The notes: a model not told the origin generated them from the sequence alone. 64,000 nt of DNA from an uncultured Bdellovibrio sp. (GCA_963932905.1 CAWVRN010000023.1:10372-74371), one strand, 5' to 3'; positions 39,570-49,967 are shown, counted from the first letter of the stretch. Program-made: numbers and translations.

Positions 39570-40715
39570 ATGGCATCGGAAGTTCAAGTTTTTGAAGGCG
39601 CATTAGATAAAGGCTTAGAAGGAATCGTAGCGTGTACAACGTCCGTTTCTTCAATCGTAGGTAACACTCTTAATTTTCGTGGTTACACAATCGAAGATTT
39701 AGCGCAAAATTCTACATTCGAAGAAGTAGTATATTTACTCTGGAATAACAAGCTTCCGAATGCAGGTGAACTAGAAACGTTCAAAACAGCATTGCACAAA
39801 GAAACTGTTTTAAGCCCTGAATACATCAAAATCTTGAAAACAATTCCAACTAAAGGCGTTCACCCAATGGCATGGTTGCGTACTGCGGTTTCGTTAACAG
39901 CACACTTAGATGCGGACGCTAATGATATGTCAGTAGAAGCGAACAAACGCAAAGCTATGAGTCTAACGGGAAAAATGGGGACCATCGTTTGTGCCTTCGA
40001 TGCTATCCGTAACGGTCGCGATCCCATCGCTCCGGTAGCTGGCAAAAGCATCGCATGGAATTTCATGTACATGCTTGGCGCGGGTAAAGAGCCAGATGCG
40101 GAATCAGTAAAAGTTTTCGATACCTGTTTGATCCTGCATGCTGACCATGAATTAAATTGTTCTGCGTTCGCTACGCGCGTAACAGCGTCGTCATTATCTG
40201 ATCTACACTCGGCGATCGTTTCTGCGATCGGCGCACTGAAAGGTCCTTTGCACGGTGGTGCGAATGAACAAGTGATGATCATGCTTAAAAAAATCGGCAC
40301 TATCGAAAAAGCACAGCAATTCGTAAAAGATGCTTTAGATGCTAAAGAAAAAGTAATGGGTATTGGTCACCGCGTTTACAAAAACGGTGATCCACGTGCA
40401 GCCATCTTAAGAAAAATTTCTGAAAAATTAACTCAAAAAATCGGTGAACCACAATGGTATCAAATGTCGACATTGATAGACGATACTATGAACAAAGAAA
40501 AAGGTTTAATGCCGAATGTAGATTTCTATTCAGCGACGGTTTATTACGCGATGAAAATTCCAACTGACATCTATACACCAATCTTTGCAGTTTCTAGGAT
40601 TGCCGGCTGGTGCGCTCACGCGTTTGAACAGTACGCGAACAACCGTATTTACCGTCCACGCAGTAAGTGGCAGGGTAGAGAAGGTCTAACTTGGACTCCT
40701 GTTCAATCTAGGTAA
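39570..40715 (+). CDS. citrate synthase family enzyme (short type; citrate or 2-methylcitrate synthase)
   Basis: HADHELNCSAF, GPLHGGAN, MGIGHRVYK, PNVDFYS. Confidence 0.95.
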   Translation: MASEVQVFEGALDKGLEGIVACTTSVSSIVGNTLNFRGYTIEDLAQNSTFEEVVYLLWNNKLPNAGELETFKTALHKETVLSPEYIKILKTIPTKGVHPMAWLRTAVSLTAHLDADANDMSVEANKRKAMSLTGKMGTIVCAFDAIRNGRDPIAPVAGKSIAWNFMYMLGAGKEPDAESVKVFDTCLILHADHELNCSAFATRVTASSLSDLHSAIVSAIGALKGPLHGGANEQVMIMLKKIGTIEKAQQFVKDALDAKEKVMGIGHRVYKNGDPRAAILRKISEKLTQKIGEPQWYQMSTLIDDTMNKEKGLMPNVDFYSATVYYAMKIPTDIYTPIFAVSRIAGWCAHAFEQYANNRIYRPRSKWQGREGLTWTPVQSR

Positions 40716-40722
40716 ATCATCA

Positions 40723-40767
40723 TTCAGACATCAGGATATCGGATATCCTGATATCTCGATATCTGAA
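40723..40767. repeat. cluster of GATATC/GACATC hexamers forming a palindromic mini-array
   Basis: GACATC at 40727; GATATC at 40735, 40742, 40750, 40758; flanked by TTCAGA and TCTGAA. Confidence 0.8.
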
Positions 40768-40776
40768 GGGAAAACT

Positions 40777-41175
40777 ATGGCTAGCATTTTTACGAAAATT
40801 ATTAATGGCGAGTTGCCTTGCTATAAAGTTTTTGAAGACGATCAATCGATTTCTTTCTTAGCTTTGGATCAGGTGACTCGTGGCCATACGTTAGTTGTGC
40901 CTAAAGTGGAAGTCGATCACTGGGTCGACGTTCCAGAAGAAGTCTTTTTAAAGGTTCAATCGAATGCGCAAATGATTGCCAAAGCAGTTCAAAAATATAC
41001 CGAAGCGCCTCGCATTTTAACGGCTACCATTGGATTTGAAGTGCCTCATTATCATTTGCATTTGGTACCTGGCAAAAAGCTGGCGGACCTGGACTTTACT
41101 AAAGGCAAGCGTTTGCCGGCTGACGAAATGGAAAAGATCCAAAAAGGCATTATCTCATTTTTAAAGTCTGAATAG
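40777..41175 (+). CDS. HIT family nucleotide hydrolase
   Basis: SIFTKII, GHTLVVPK, VPHYHLHLVP histidine triad. Confidence 0.93.
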   Translation: MASIFTKIINGELPCYKVFEDDQSISFLALDQVTRGHTLVVPKVEVDHWVDVPEEVFLKVQSNAQMIAKAVQKYTEAPRILTATIGFEVPHYHLHLVPGKKLADLDFTKGKRLPADEMEKIQKGIISFLKSE

Positions 41176-41177
41176 AC

Positions 41178-41205
41178 TTTTGTTTCGTTACTTTTCGTCC
41201 GATCT
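41178..41205 (+). promoter_or_regulatory. sigma28-like promoter of cheD (leaderless geometry)
   Basis: TTTTGTTT-N12-TCCGATCT, 8 nt before ATG 41214; no SD. Confidence 0.5.
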
Positions 41206-41213
41206 ATTTATAG

Positions 41214-41675
41214 ATGAAGAGTCACTATTTATACCCTGGTAACATTGCGGCTTTTAAAGAAGAGACCGTAATTTCCACACTGCTTGGCAGCTGTGTAGCG
41301 GTGGCTTTGTATGATCCCGAGAAGAAAATCGGTGGTTTGAATCATTACCTATTGCCCGAACCGACTCCGAACGACGCCGTTAGCCCACGCTATGGTACAA
41401 TCGCTATTTCAGAACTTATCTCGCAATTAAAACGCCTAGGTGCTAACACCAACAATCTAAAAGCCAAAATTTATGGTGGTGGGAATGTGATCACAAACGT
41501 TCTTAGTGGTCCGTCGATTGGGTCACTGAATATTGCGGTGGCTGAAAAAACTTTGAAACATTTAGGCATTCCCATCGTTGAAAAGAACGTTGGCGGCACG
41601 AAAGCCCGCACAATTAAGCTCAATACGACTACGTTTGCAGTTTTACATAACTTTTCTGATGAGAGAGCGGCTTAA
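41214..41675 (+). CDS. cheD: chemoreceptor glutamine deamidase CheD
   Basis: TLLGSCVAV, GGLNHYLLP, AKIYGGG, NVGG. Confidence 0.95.
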   Translation: MKSHYLYPGNIAAFKEETVISTLLGSCVAVALYDPEKKIGGLNHYLLPEPTPNDAVSPRYGTIAISELISQLKRLGANTNNLKAKIYGGGNVITNVLSGPSIGSLNIAVAEKTLKHLGIPIVEKNVGGTKARTIKLNTTTFAVLHNFSDERAA

Positions 41676-41733
41676 AAGTCTCTTCCGCAAAAGATTCTTG
41701 CTAAATTTATAGGTTCATTGTGTATTCACGATT

Positions 41734-43116
41734 ATGAATTCTTTGAAACGTTTATTAGATCAGTTAAATGGGGCTCAGGGGCCTTTATCCATCTGGACAA
41801 CTGGTACTGAGGGTGATGTTGGTTACGCCGTCGCTGGCAATTCGACAGGTACGCAAACGATAAATAGTTATTTTAGTGATAAAATCGCTTTCCAGGTTAA
41901 GGAAGCCGATGCACTTCAAGTGATTTCTAAAATTCAGCAAACTAAAAAAGCTCAGGTGAAAACTGAAAATTGGGATGTGAATGAACTTCGCAGCCGATTT
42001 GAGAAAATTAAATCTATTGTAGAGGAAAACAAATCGTCTATCGCGGGTTTGGAAGCTCACTTTCAGGGAACAACCCGTAAATTTCAGCTAGAATGGTCTG
42101 TAGGACCCATTCTAAATATGATCGATCAGTTTTTAGATCAGTCAGAAAAATACGATGTTGCTAGTGCAAAAGGTTTGATTGGCGCGATAACTCCGCGAGC
42201 GAGTTCATTTTATGAAATAGGTTGGCGTATCCTATTCGCAATTTTTCACAAAGACGGTGTGTTAATTAAACCGGCGACAGAAACAGCATTAAGTGCCGTT
42301 ATCTGGCAGGAAGTTTTAAGGGACTGCGATATCCCGGACAGTTTAGTTAGTTTTGTTTATGGTTCAGGCCAGACAGTCGGTAATCTACTATTTGATCATC
42401 CGGGAGTTAAAAACCTATCATTCTCGGGCTCACACGACAGTTTAAAATCATACACACTTACTTTAGAAAAAAAGTATCAGTTGTTCTTGAATGGTAAAAA
42501 TGCGGTCTGTGTTTTAAGTGACTTTGATTATAAAAGTCAGATGAAAAATTTAGTTCGATTGTTTATCGAACATAATGGCCGATCGGTATTTTCACCATCA
42601 CGATTGTTTGTAATTGATACCGTTGAAAAGGATTTCAAACAGGCGTTGGCTGCCTATTTACTGACGGTACCGACCTTGAAGTCGATAGACGATGAGTTTG
42701 GTTATTTACCATTACGAGATTTTGAAAAGAAAAAAATGCTGGAAATAAAGTCTCGTTTTGAATCGGAAGAGGCAAAGATTATCTATGGTAACGATGACTT
42801 TTTGTTTTATTCGGATCTGCCGAATTGTTCTGAACTGTACCAAGAAAATTTGGAATTGCCAGTTTATAACTTAACGGCGGTGAAATATTCACACGAGATG
42901 GTGAAGTGGTTGAACAACAGTTCGTTCGGTCATTCAGTTGTTATCTTTGGACCAGAAGAAAAAACTAAAAAGTTAGCGATGAAATCAGAAGTCGGAAAAG
43001 TCATTTTTAATCCCATGTCGCTAAAGAATGAGTGGGTGAGTCCGGTGAAAATGTCGGGCTTTGGTGAAGTTAACAATTCTATTCCTAATTCTTTTTACTC
43101 CTACGTGAAAGTTTAA
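41734..43116 (+). CDS. aldehyde dehydrogenase-fold protein, degenerate active site
   Basis: IKPAT, GSGQTVG..L.DHP, SFSGS, LNGKN (for ELGGKN), PVKMSGFG; no catalytic Cys in NGRSVFSPSR. Confidence 0.75.
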   Translation: MNSLKRLLDQLNGAQGPLSIWTTGTEGDVGYAVAGNSTGTQTINSYFSDKIAFQVKEADALQVISKIQQTKKAQVKTENWDVNELRSRFEKIKSIVEENKSSIAGLEAHFQGTTRKFQLEWSVGPILNMIDQFLDQSEKYDVASAKGLIGAITPRASSFYEIGWRILFAIFHKDGVLIKPATETALSAVIWQEVLRDCDIPDSLVSFVYGSGQTVGNLLFDHPGVKNLSFSGSHDSLKSYTLTLEKKYQLFLNGKNAVCVLSDFDYKSQMKNLVRLFIEHNGRSVFSPSRLFVIDTVEKDFKQALAAYLLTVPTLKSIDDEFGYLPLRDFEKKKMLEIKSRFESEEAKIIYGNDDFLFYSDLPNCSELYQENLELPVYNLTAVKYSHEMVKWLNNSSFGHSVVIFGPEEKTKKLAMKSEVGKVIFNPMSLKNEWVSPVKMSGFGEVNNSIPNSFYSYVKV

Positions 43117-43161
43117 TTTGTAGAAAATTAAACTCGATCTGACGTTTGAAAATAGGCAGGG

Positions 43162-45183
43162 TTAGCGGAGCAACTTCAAGGCTGCTTCAAATTGTGGATC
43201 TTCGGAAAGTGAATCGAATGGATACTCAACTTGATGATCTGGTGATATACCGGCACCCTCAATTTTGACTCCATCCAATGCTATTCCATTAATAGCAAGA
43301 TAAAGGATATATCCTCTATTTTCCTCAGCGAAAAACCCACGACCTGAAACAAATGCTCCCGCAGTTCTTGAGCCAATAAGTTTTGCCCGTTTAGTCTTCT
43401 GAAACTGATAGGCTAGGGCTTCCTTCCCGCTGCGAACCCCTTCATTAATTAAAACGACTAAAGGTTTTGTAAAAACATTTGTATTTTCCTTAGTTTCCGC
43501 TTTGAAGCTATCAAGAGATCCATCTCGACTTTCAACCGTGGGTACAAAGTAGCTTGAAGTGTCAGGAAAAAATGGATCCAAGTGGTTCCACCATGCCGCG
43601 CCAAACCCATCTCGAAGGTCCAAGATAAGGCCATCAACTGTCGTCATTTTTTCCTGCAAAATTTTGCTGAGTGTTTGACTCGAGTTGAATGCCCCAGTCC
43701 ACAGTTGTAAATAACCAATTTTTTTATCTCCGCTGGTTATAATTCGTGCGCTATTTTCAGTTGCCTGCAAGAATGAACTCATAATTGATTCAGTAACAGG
43801 CACAATCGTTTTTCTGATTTTCCGTCCCTTACGCAAAAATGAAATTTCATAATTTTTTGCTCCGTTCAAAAAGGAACGTATGGGATGAAATGGTTTTCCA
43901 TCGACGGAAATCATTTCGTCTCCGCGCCGAAGTCCAATTTTTTCAGCCGGATAACCCTGAAGAACTGTTCTAATAGTGTAGCGAGCGTCACTACTTTTGA
44001 ATTGGGCCCCCATGTGACTAACCTTTGGCTCTAAAGGATCGTGAGTTGAAAATAATGAGCGGAAAAAATAATAATCTGGATTTCCTTCAACATACAAGTG
44101 AGTGTGGGAAACCCCAAGACTGTCTAGAAAAGGATTAATGATTTTATCTAAGTCATGAAGCGTAGTTTGTGTTGATATTTGAGATAGAAGTTCATCGTGT
44201 TTCTCATTGGTAAAAAGATTTCCTTTTTGCTTAGGATAAATATTTGTCTTTGCAGTATTCCAAATTCTTTCAAAAGTGACAGAAACAAGTTCTGTGGTAC
44301 TAAGATCTGAATGTTTCAGAAGTAACCGGACTTGCTCCATCAACTGCGATTCATCGTTTTTTAAACCAACCGGTCGAAATACGGCAACTGATTGGGAGTC
44401 GTTTTCAAACTTCTTCTGAAGATCTGAAATATGAAGGGCACCAATAACTACGACTGTGCGCCCAGGCAGGCCGTGGACGGCCTCTACAAATTTGCCATTG
44501 CGTTTTTCAATTAATGAAGTGAACTCTTCAAAGCGTCTTAGGATTTCATCACCAAGTATCGCTTTCACAGCCGGATCTGAAACTGAAGGACTTAAAAGAA
44601 GAACTTTTTTTACTGTTTCAATATAGCTCTTTTGTTGACCTGGTGAATTTTTAAATTGCTCAATTCGTTGCTTAAATCCCAAGAGGCCTCGAAGATCAGA
44701 AAAAGCCAATTGATTTTGGCGAATCAGCTGAAGACTATCACCACAAACAACCTTAGCTTTTGATTTATATCTTGCCTTTAGTTTAATTCCCACATGGGTT
44801 AACGCTGCATTTTGTGTCTGTGTATCTGATTTCTCGAGGTCTTCTAAACTCCATCCATTGAATCTCTCTTTGAAGCCAGGTCCTATTTCGCCTTCGCAAC
44901 CCTCGACAACCACATTTTGAATCTGGTGTGCGTCAATCCATTCAACTAGTTGATGGTAAATCGCATTTTGATTTTCCCATTGAGGAAAAGAGGTCGCGAC
45001 ATTTTCTTTAGTGTTCGGTTGTGGAGACAAGTGCCATTGCGGAATCAATACAAGTTTAACCTGCGTTTTTGTTAAATCGAAGGTCCCGTATTGAGTGCTA
45101 TTTAGAGGTAAATCAGAAACTTGAACGCTTTGGCAGGCCGAAACAAGTAAAAAAAATAGGAAAATGATTTTCAAATAATTCAT
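43162..45183 (-). CDS. lipoprotein: unknown N-terminal domain fused to PDZ + S41 peptidase
   Basis: Lipobox VSAC; PAEKIGLRRGDEMISVDG (PDZ); LILDLRDGFG, RSGKE, IGSRTAG, EGAGISPD (S41). Confidence 0.85.
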   Translation of the reverse strand: MNYLKIIFLFFLLVSACQSVQVSDLPLNSTQYGTFDLTKTQVKLVLIPQWHLSPQPNTKENVATSFPQWENQNAIYHQLVEWIDAHQIQNVVVEGCEGEIGPGFKERFNGWSLEDLEKSDTQTQNAALTHVGIKLKARYKSKAKVVCGDSLQLIRQNQLAFSDLRGLLGFKQRIEQFKNSPGQQKSYIETVKKVLLLSPSVSDPAVKAILGDEILRRFEEFTSLIEKRNGKFVEAVHGLPGRTVVVIGALHISDLQKKFENDSQSVAVFRPVGLKNDESQLMEQVRLLLKHSDLSTTELVSVTFERIWNTAKTNIYPKQKGNLFTNEKHDELLSQISTQTTLHDLDKIINPFLDSLGVSHTHLYVEGNPDYYFFRSLFSTHDPLEPKVSHMGAQFKSSDARYTIRTVLQGYPAEKIGLRRGDEMISVDGKPFHPIRSFLNGAKNYEISFLRKGRKIRKTIVPVTESIMSSFLQATENSARIITSGDKKIGYLQLWTGAFNSSQTLSKILQEKMTTVDGLILDLRDGFGAAWWNHLDPFFPDTSSYFVPTVESRDGSLDSFKAETKENTNVFTKPLVVLINEGVRSGKEALAYQFQKTKRAKLIGSRTAGAFVSGRGFFAEENRGYILYLAINGIALDGVKIEGAGISPDHQVEYPFDSLSEDPQFEAALKLLR

Positions 45184-45396
45184 AGGCTAATCACATTTCA
45201 TTTCACGGACAATTGCAATTGCCAAAACAACCTATTCGATATGAAGCCCGTAAAAAGAATGGACCTTTTCCCAAACTCGACAGTGCCGCCTTTTGTATTC
45301 GCAGCTATGGGACGTCTACGAATTGAGTCGCTGTATGACGAGTTTCGGACATTGACCGCCTAATCCAAATAGACTCGGGTTAATGCCTTTTTAAAT

Positions 45397-45412
45397 TGGC
45401 ACATTTTTTGAG
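45397..45412 (+). promoter_or_regulatory. sigma54-like -24/-12 element
   Basis: TGGCAC-ATTTT-TTGA; the -12 C is replaced by A. Confidence 0.45.
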
Positions 45413-45472
45413 AACTCAATTCTTTTGTTAGAGCCCTGTCTCGTCAATAATGACTGATTGGAGAAAACCCAT

Positions 45473-46573
45473 ATGAAACTATCGAAAACTTTATCTCATC
45501 AATTTATTTCTTCACTTGTTCTTTGTTCATTGGTTGCAAGTGCGACAATGGCTGTAAGTAACGTTTACGATGCTGAACAAAGAGTGGCTAGTGGAAACTA
45601 CGAACAACTACTTGAAATTACACGCGATGGGATGATTCTCATGAGGAACTTGGGAGCTTACGGACAAAATAGTGCCGAGGGGTTAGATCTATTTAGCCTT
45701 CGGCAACTTATGTCCTCTATCATAGGTATTGATCTTACCGTCGAAAAGGAAGCCCAAGCTAAAGTAGTCGCTAAAATACTCAGAGATTTTCCAACATTAT
45801 CTAATTCTTCAACAGGCGCCGTAGGGCTTAACTTTACCAATATCTCGCTAATTCTAAGAGAGCATTTAGAAGAGCGCTCCAAGATATATGGTTTAAGCGA
45901 TAGTAAAGCTCGATCTAAGCTTCTGGAATTGAACGCAAAGACGGCGAAGTCGCTCAGAAGTCTAAATGTCTTTTCATCTCATCCGGCCACGGACGGTGCC
46001 CTGTCGGTTATGAAATCACGAATGAGCGAATACCTTGATGGTTACAACAAGGTGGCCCAAAAAATTCTATTGAAATCCTACACTGCTGGATACATTTCTA
46101 GCGCTAAACGCGCTATGGAGAAAGCAAGCGTTGCAGGTCTCTATTCAAGTGACGGTTTTAGCCTTCTCAGTGTACGAGACGCTATGGTTGTGGCTATTGC
46201 GGTGGATCTGGAAAAAACGCCGTCTCGTCAAGCCAAGGCCGCATTGGAAGCACTTAAAAAAGTCAACATGGTCGGCGGTTTCTCAGCGGCAGACCTTAAT
46301 ATGGCGAGCATTTTAAGTGTATTGAGAGAGTACTTAACTGAACGAAGTAAGGTGACCGAGTCCGGTTCTATTTCTTCGGTAAAGCAAATTTCTGAAATCA
46401 GGAAGAAGTATGCTATGCTTTTAGATGCTCAAAATACTTACTCTGGCCAAGCGGCAACGGATTTAAGTTTGTTTAGTTTAAAGACTCAGATGACCGAGTA
46501 TTTAAGTGGTGTTAATGAGGTAATTGGCTCAAGCTCTGTTGCTGGATATCAGTGTCTTCAGGTTTATAAGTAG
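45473..46573 (+). CDS. secreted helical protein with a two-fold internal duplication
   Basis: Signal peptide ending ATMA; duplicated segments LREHLEERSK/LREYLTERSK and MKSRMSEYLDG/LKTQMTEYLSG. Confidence 0.8.
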   Translation: MKLSKTLSHQFISSLVLCSLVASATMAVSNVYDAEQRVASGNYEQLLEITRDGMILMRNLGAYGQNSAEGLDLFSLRQLMSSIIGIDLTVEKEAQAKVVAKILRDFPTLSNSSTGAVGLNFTNISLILREHLEERSKIYGLSDSKARSKLLELNAKTAKSLRSLNVFSSHPATDGALSVMKSRMSEYLDGYNKVAQKILLKSYTAGYISSAKRAMEKASVAGLYSSDGFSLLSVRDAMVVAIAVDLEKTPSRQAKAALEALKKVNMVGGFSAADLNMASILSVLREYLTERSKVTESGSISSVKQISEIRKKYAMLLDAQNTYSGQAATDLSLFSLKTQMTEYLSGVNEVIGSSSVAGYQCLQVYK

Positions 46574-46697
46574 GCTTCGGCCCTTTGATCTGGAAATGGA
46601 CCGGTTTGCCTCACTATATTTTGAGGAGCTTGAGTTAGCGCTTCTTTACCATGATGAAAATTCGTGTGGTGCCAGTGTATCGCTCTGAGAACTGCGA

Positions 46698-47471
46698 CTA
46701 TTGCGATGTCCAGCCACCATCCAACGTCATCGAAGCGCCGGTGATATTTTTTCCAGCTGGCGAGCAAAGGAACAGAACTAGTTCCGCGATGTCAGAAACT
46801 TCTGTGAATGTTTTTGAAGGTTGTTTTTCTTCAAGTAGTTTCACACTAGCTTGTTCGATGCTGATATTTTCCTTTTTAGCCCTGTCTTGAATTTGATTTT
46901 CTACAAGCGGTGTCTTTACCCATCCGGGGCAGATCGAATTGCAGGTAACGCCAGTTCCGGCTGTTTCTAATGCTACTGTTTTAGATAAACCGATCAGGCC
47001 ATGTTTCGCGGAAACGTACGCTGATTTATTTACTGAAGCGACCAAGCCATGAACCGATGAAATGTTAATGATTCGACCTATGTTAGACGGTTTTTGCTTT
47101 AGAAAATTTTGAATCAACATAAATGGAACAGTTAGGTGAAGTTGTAAAAGAAGTTCCCATTTTTCAATTGGAAAATCTTGCACCGGAGACACAAATTGCA
47201 AACCCGCATTGTTGATTAATATCGAATGAGCAGGCAGCGCCAAAAGAAATTTTTGAAATTTTGCTTTATCCGAAAAATCGACTGAGTGATATTGAATATT
47301 CACGCCAGTTTGATTTTTCAAGTTTTCAATTTTATCTTTGACTTGGTCTTCTGTTTCTAAACCCTGCAAGATCAAATTGATTTTTTGTTTAGCAAGCGCT
47401 TGAGCGATTCCCCAACCTATCCCGCTAGAACTACCCGTAACTAAAGCCCATTGATTATTAAATTGATTCAT
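46698..47471 (-). CDS. bdhA: 3-hydroxybutyrate dehydrogenase (SDR)
   Basis: TGSSSGIG, NNAGLQFVSP, SVHGLVASVNKSAYVSAKHG, CPGWVKTPLV. Confidence 0.9.
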   Translation of the reverse strand: MNQFNNQWALVTGSSSGIGWGIAQALAKQKINLILQGLETEDQVKDKIENLKNQTGVNIQYHSVDFSDKAKFQKFLLALPAHSILINNAGLQFVSPVQDFPIEKWELLLQLHLTVPFMLIQNFLKQKPSNIGRIINISSVHGLVASVNKSAYVSAKHGLIGLSKTVALETAGTGVTCNSICPGWVKTPLVENQIQDRAKKENISIEQASVKLLEEKQPSKTFTEVSDIAELVLFLCSPAGKNITGASMTLDGGWTSQ

Positions 47472-47566
47472 GCACAGAGGTTTAACAGGACCAATATCCA
47501 CAAGGCAACCAGATCTTGGTAAGACAACAAATTTTCATGTCAAGTCGTTTCTTTAGACTTCGGGGG

Positions 47567-47594
47567 TTGAGTTTTGAAATCTGTTTGACGATAG
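47567..47594 (+). promoter_or_regulatory. sigma28-like promoter of MCP
   Basis: TTGAGTTT-N12-GACGATAG. Confidence 0.5.
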
Positions 47595-47619
47595 TTTCGA
47601 CAGAAATTTTGGAGGATAG

Positions 47620-49038
47620 ATGTCCATCACTCGACAAATTTGGCTTTTAACTACCGTATTAATTTCTGGCTTAATATTTACAGGATTTTTCTCGTACATT
47701 AAATCAGGTCAGTTGTTAGATAGTTTACATAACGTCAGCAAAAATCAATTGCCCGCAACGCGGAATATGCTTCTTGCCGACATGATGCATGATGGTCTAC
47801 GTGCTGTTGTTTACAACGCAATCATAGCGGCCGAAAGTAAAAATTCAGATGAATTGGCTGATCTTGTAAAAGAAGTGGAAGAAAAAGGAAACCAATTTTC
47901 TACCTATATTAACAATTTAGGTGAGCTTGGTATTAAACCCGCAACTCGCGATGCCATAAACCAAGTTAAGCCAGTGTTAACTAGTTATGCGAAGCAAAGT
48001 TTCGAATTGGTTTTGTTAGCCAGGGACGGAAAAGCAGACGAATTAAAAGCTAAACTGCCAAAATTTATGGAAGTCTTTCGTGTACTCGAAGGCAAAATGG
48101 AAACTCTGGGCGAATTAATCGAAAAGGACGCCAGCGAAATCAATGATGAAGGTAAAACCATTCAGACAATGATAGGCGTCTTTATTTCCGTATTTATTCT
48201 ACTTGGTTTTGCGATTTCATTTATCACCATCCGCAAAGTAGTGGCTACGTTAAACGGCATGACAATGAAAATCAGTGGTGCTTCAAAAGACTTAAATGGT
48301 TCGAGCGAAGATTTAGCCAAATCGTCGCAATCGTTTTCGGCGGGTTTAACTCAGACGTCGGCATTTTTACAGGAATCCGTGGCGTCATTGGAAGAGATAA
48401 GTTCAATGGTTAAAAAGAACAACGAACATTCTGATGCTGCCTATGAATTGTCGCAAACGAGTTTGCGACTTTCAAAAAATGGATATGAAGAAATGGGCGC
48501 ATTGGTTAAGGCTATGAGTGAAATCAACGACGTGTCTAAAAAGATAGAAGAGATCATTCTGGTTATTGACGATATCGCATTTCAAACTAATCTTCTGGCA
48601 TTAAACGCTGCTGTTGAAGCCGCACGCGCCGGTGAGCAAGGTAAAGGTTTTGCGGTTGTAGCGGAAGCCGTTCGTGCGTTAGCCCAACGAAGTGCCGTAG
48701 CAGCGAAAGATATCACGTCACTTATTCAAGACAGTGTTGAAAAAATCAAAACAGGATCAAGTTCTGTTAATTCAAATGAAAAAACAATTCGCGAAATCAA
48801 TGATTCCATGACTAAACTTGGTATGATCAGTAAAGAAATCGCCCAGGCCAGTCGCGAACAATCAGCGGCAATTGAGCAAATCAACAAAGCGATGAATCAG
48901 CTGGATCAAGCGTCCCAATCGCAGGCCAATTCGTCAAAGCAAGTATCAGATCAGTCAGGTCGTTTGTACGATAATTCTCTTGGATTAGAGAAACTCGTGA
49001 AGGACATGGATTATATGATTTATGGAAGGGCCTCTTAG
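47620..49038 (+). CDS. methyl-accepting chemotaxis protein
   Basis: 2 TM flanking a periplasmic helical sensor; [34 protein letters not shown]. Confidence 0.95.
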   Translation: MSITRQIWLLTTVLISGLIFTGFFSYIKSGQLLDSLHNVSKNQLPATRNMLLADMMHDGLRAVVYNAIIAAESKNSDELADLVKEVEEKGNQFSTYINNLGELGIKPATRDAINQVKPVLTSYAKQSFELVLLARDGKADELKAKLPKFMEVFRVLEGKMETLGELIEKDASEINDEGKTIQTMIGVFISVFILLGFAISFITIRKVVATLNGMTMKISGASKDLNGSSEDLAKSSQSFSAGLTQTSAFLQESVASLEEISSMVKKNNEHSDAAYELSQTSLRLSKNGYEEMGALVKAMSEINDVSKKIEEIILVIDDIAFQTNLLALNAAVEAARAGEQGKGFAVVAEAVRALAQRSAVAAKDITSLIQDSVEKIKTGSSSVNSNEKTIREINDSMTKLGMISKEIAQASREQSAAIEQINKAMNQLDQASQSQANSSKQVSDQSGRLYDNSLGLEKLVKDMDYMIYGRAS

Positions 49039-49073
49039 GCCTTTTTGAAAAACTTCCCTGTCCGAAATTGGTT

Positions 49074-49727
49074 TTATTGATAGTCGTTCTTCGGGCAAAT
49101 AGGATCAAGCGGACAAATGTCACATTGTGGATTGCGGGCTTTACAAATCTGCCGTCCTAAGAAAATCATTTGGTGAGATATTTTAATCCAATTCTTTTTG
49201 GGAACAATCTTAAGTAAATCTTGTTCAATCTTTTCAGGAGTTTTGTTTTTCGTTAGCCCCAAACGCTGACTAATGCGACTGACGTGTGTATCCACCACGA
49301 TCCCATTGGGAATTTCAAATGCGACTCCTAAAACAACATTCGCTGTCTTTCTGCCTACACCCGCAAGGGCGGTCAATGAATCCACATCTTTGGGGACTTG
49401 GCCATTGTGTTTATCGCAAATGTCTTGGCTGCATAGCTTGATATTTTTGGCTTTGTTTTTATAAAATCCTGTAGATTTGATTAGTTCTTCAATTTTTTCA
49501 ATGGGTGCGACAGCCATCGCTTCAGGACTGCCGAAGTTTTTAAACAAATTGGGAGTCACTTTGTTCACTCGCTCGTCCGTACATTGAGCCGACAAAATAG
49601 TGGCGATTAACAGTTCAAATGGACTCTTATGAGTCAGTTCGCAGTAGGCATCAGGGTATTTTCTATGAAGTCGTTTGAGAGTGTCTTGAGGGTCTAGTGC
49701 TTTTTCGAATTTCTTTTTTTTTGCCAT
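49074..49727 (-). CDS. nth: endonuclease III
   Basis: LSAQCTDERVN, LAGVGRKTANVV, VDTHV, CKARNPQCDICPLDPIC. Confidence 0.97.
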   Translation of the reverse strand: MAKKKKFEKALDPQDTLKRLHRKYPDAYCELTHKSPFELLIATILSAQCTDERVNKVTPNLFKNFGSPEAMAVAPIEKIEELIKSTGFYKNKAKNIKLCSQDICDKHNGQVPKDVDSLTALAGVGRKTANVVLGVAFEIPNGIVVDTHVSRISQRLGLTKNKTPEKIEQDLLKIVPKKNWIKISHQMIFLGRQICKARNPQCDICPLDPICPKNDYQ

Positions 49728-49733
49728 TAAGAA

Positions 49734-49967
49734 TTAGGCGCCGAAATCGCCGATAGCTTCCACTGGGCAACCAGTCATTGCTTCTTGGCAGGCGGCTTCT
49801 TCAGCTGGACTATCGGGCTGTTTTTTTACAAAGGCGTGGCCGTCTTCAGGGTGCATCCCGAAATTATCGGGAGCTGACAAAACGCAGGCGTCACATGCGA
49901 TACACGATTGGTCTACGAACATTTTGCCTTCAACGTTTTCTTTCCACTTTTGTTTTAAATCTGCCAT
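49734..49967 (-). CDS. ferredoxin
   Basis: CIACDAC...CPVEAIG. Confidence 0.92.
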   Translation of the reverse strand: MADLKQKWKENVEGKMFVDQSCIACDACVLSAPDNFGMHPEDGHAFVKKQPDSPAEEAACQEAMTGCPVEAIGDFGA

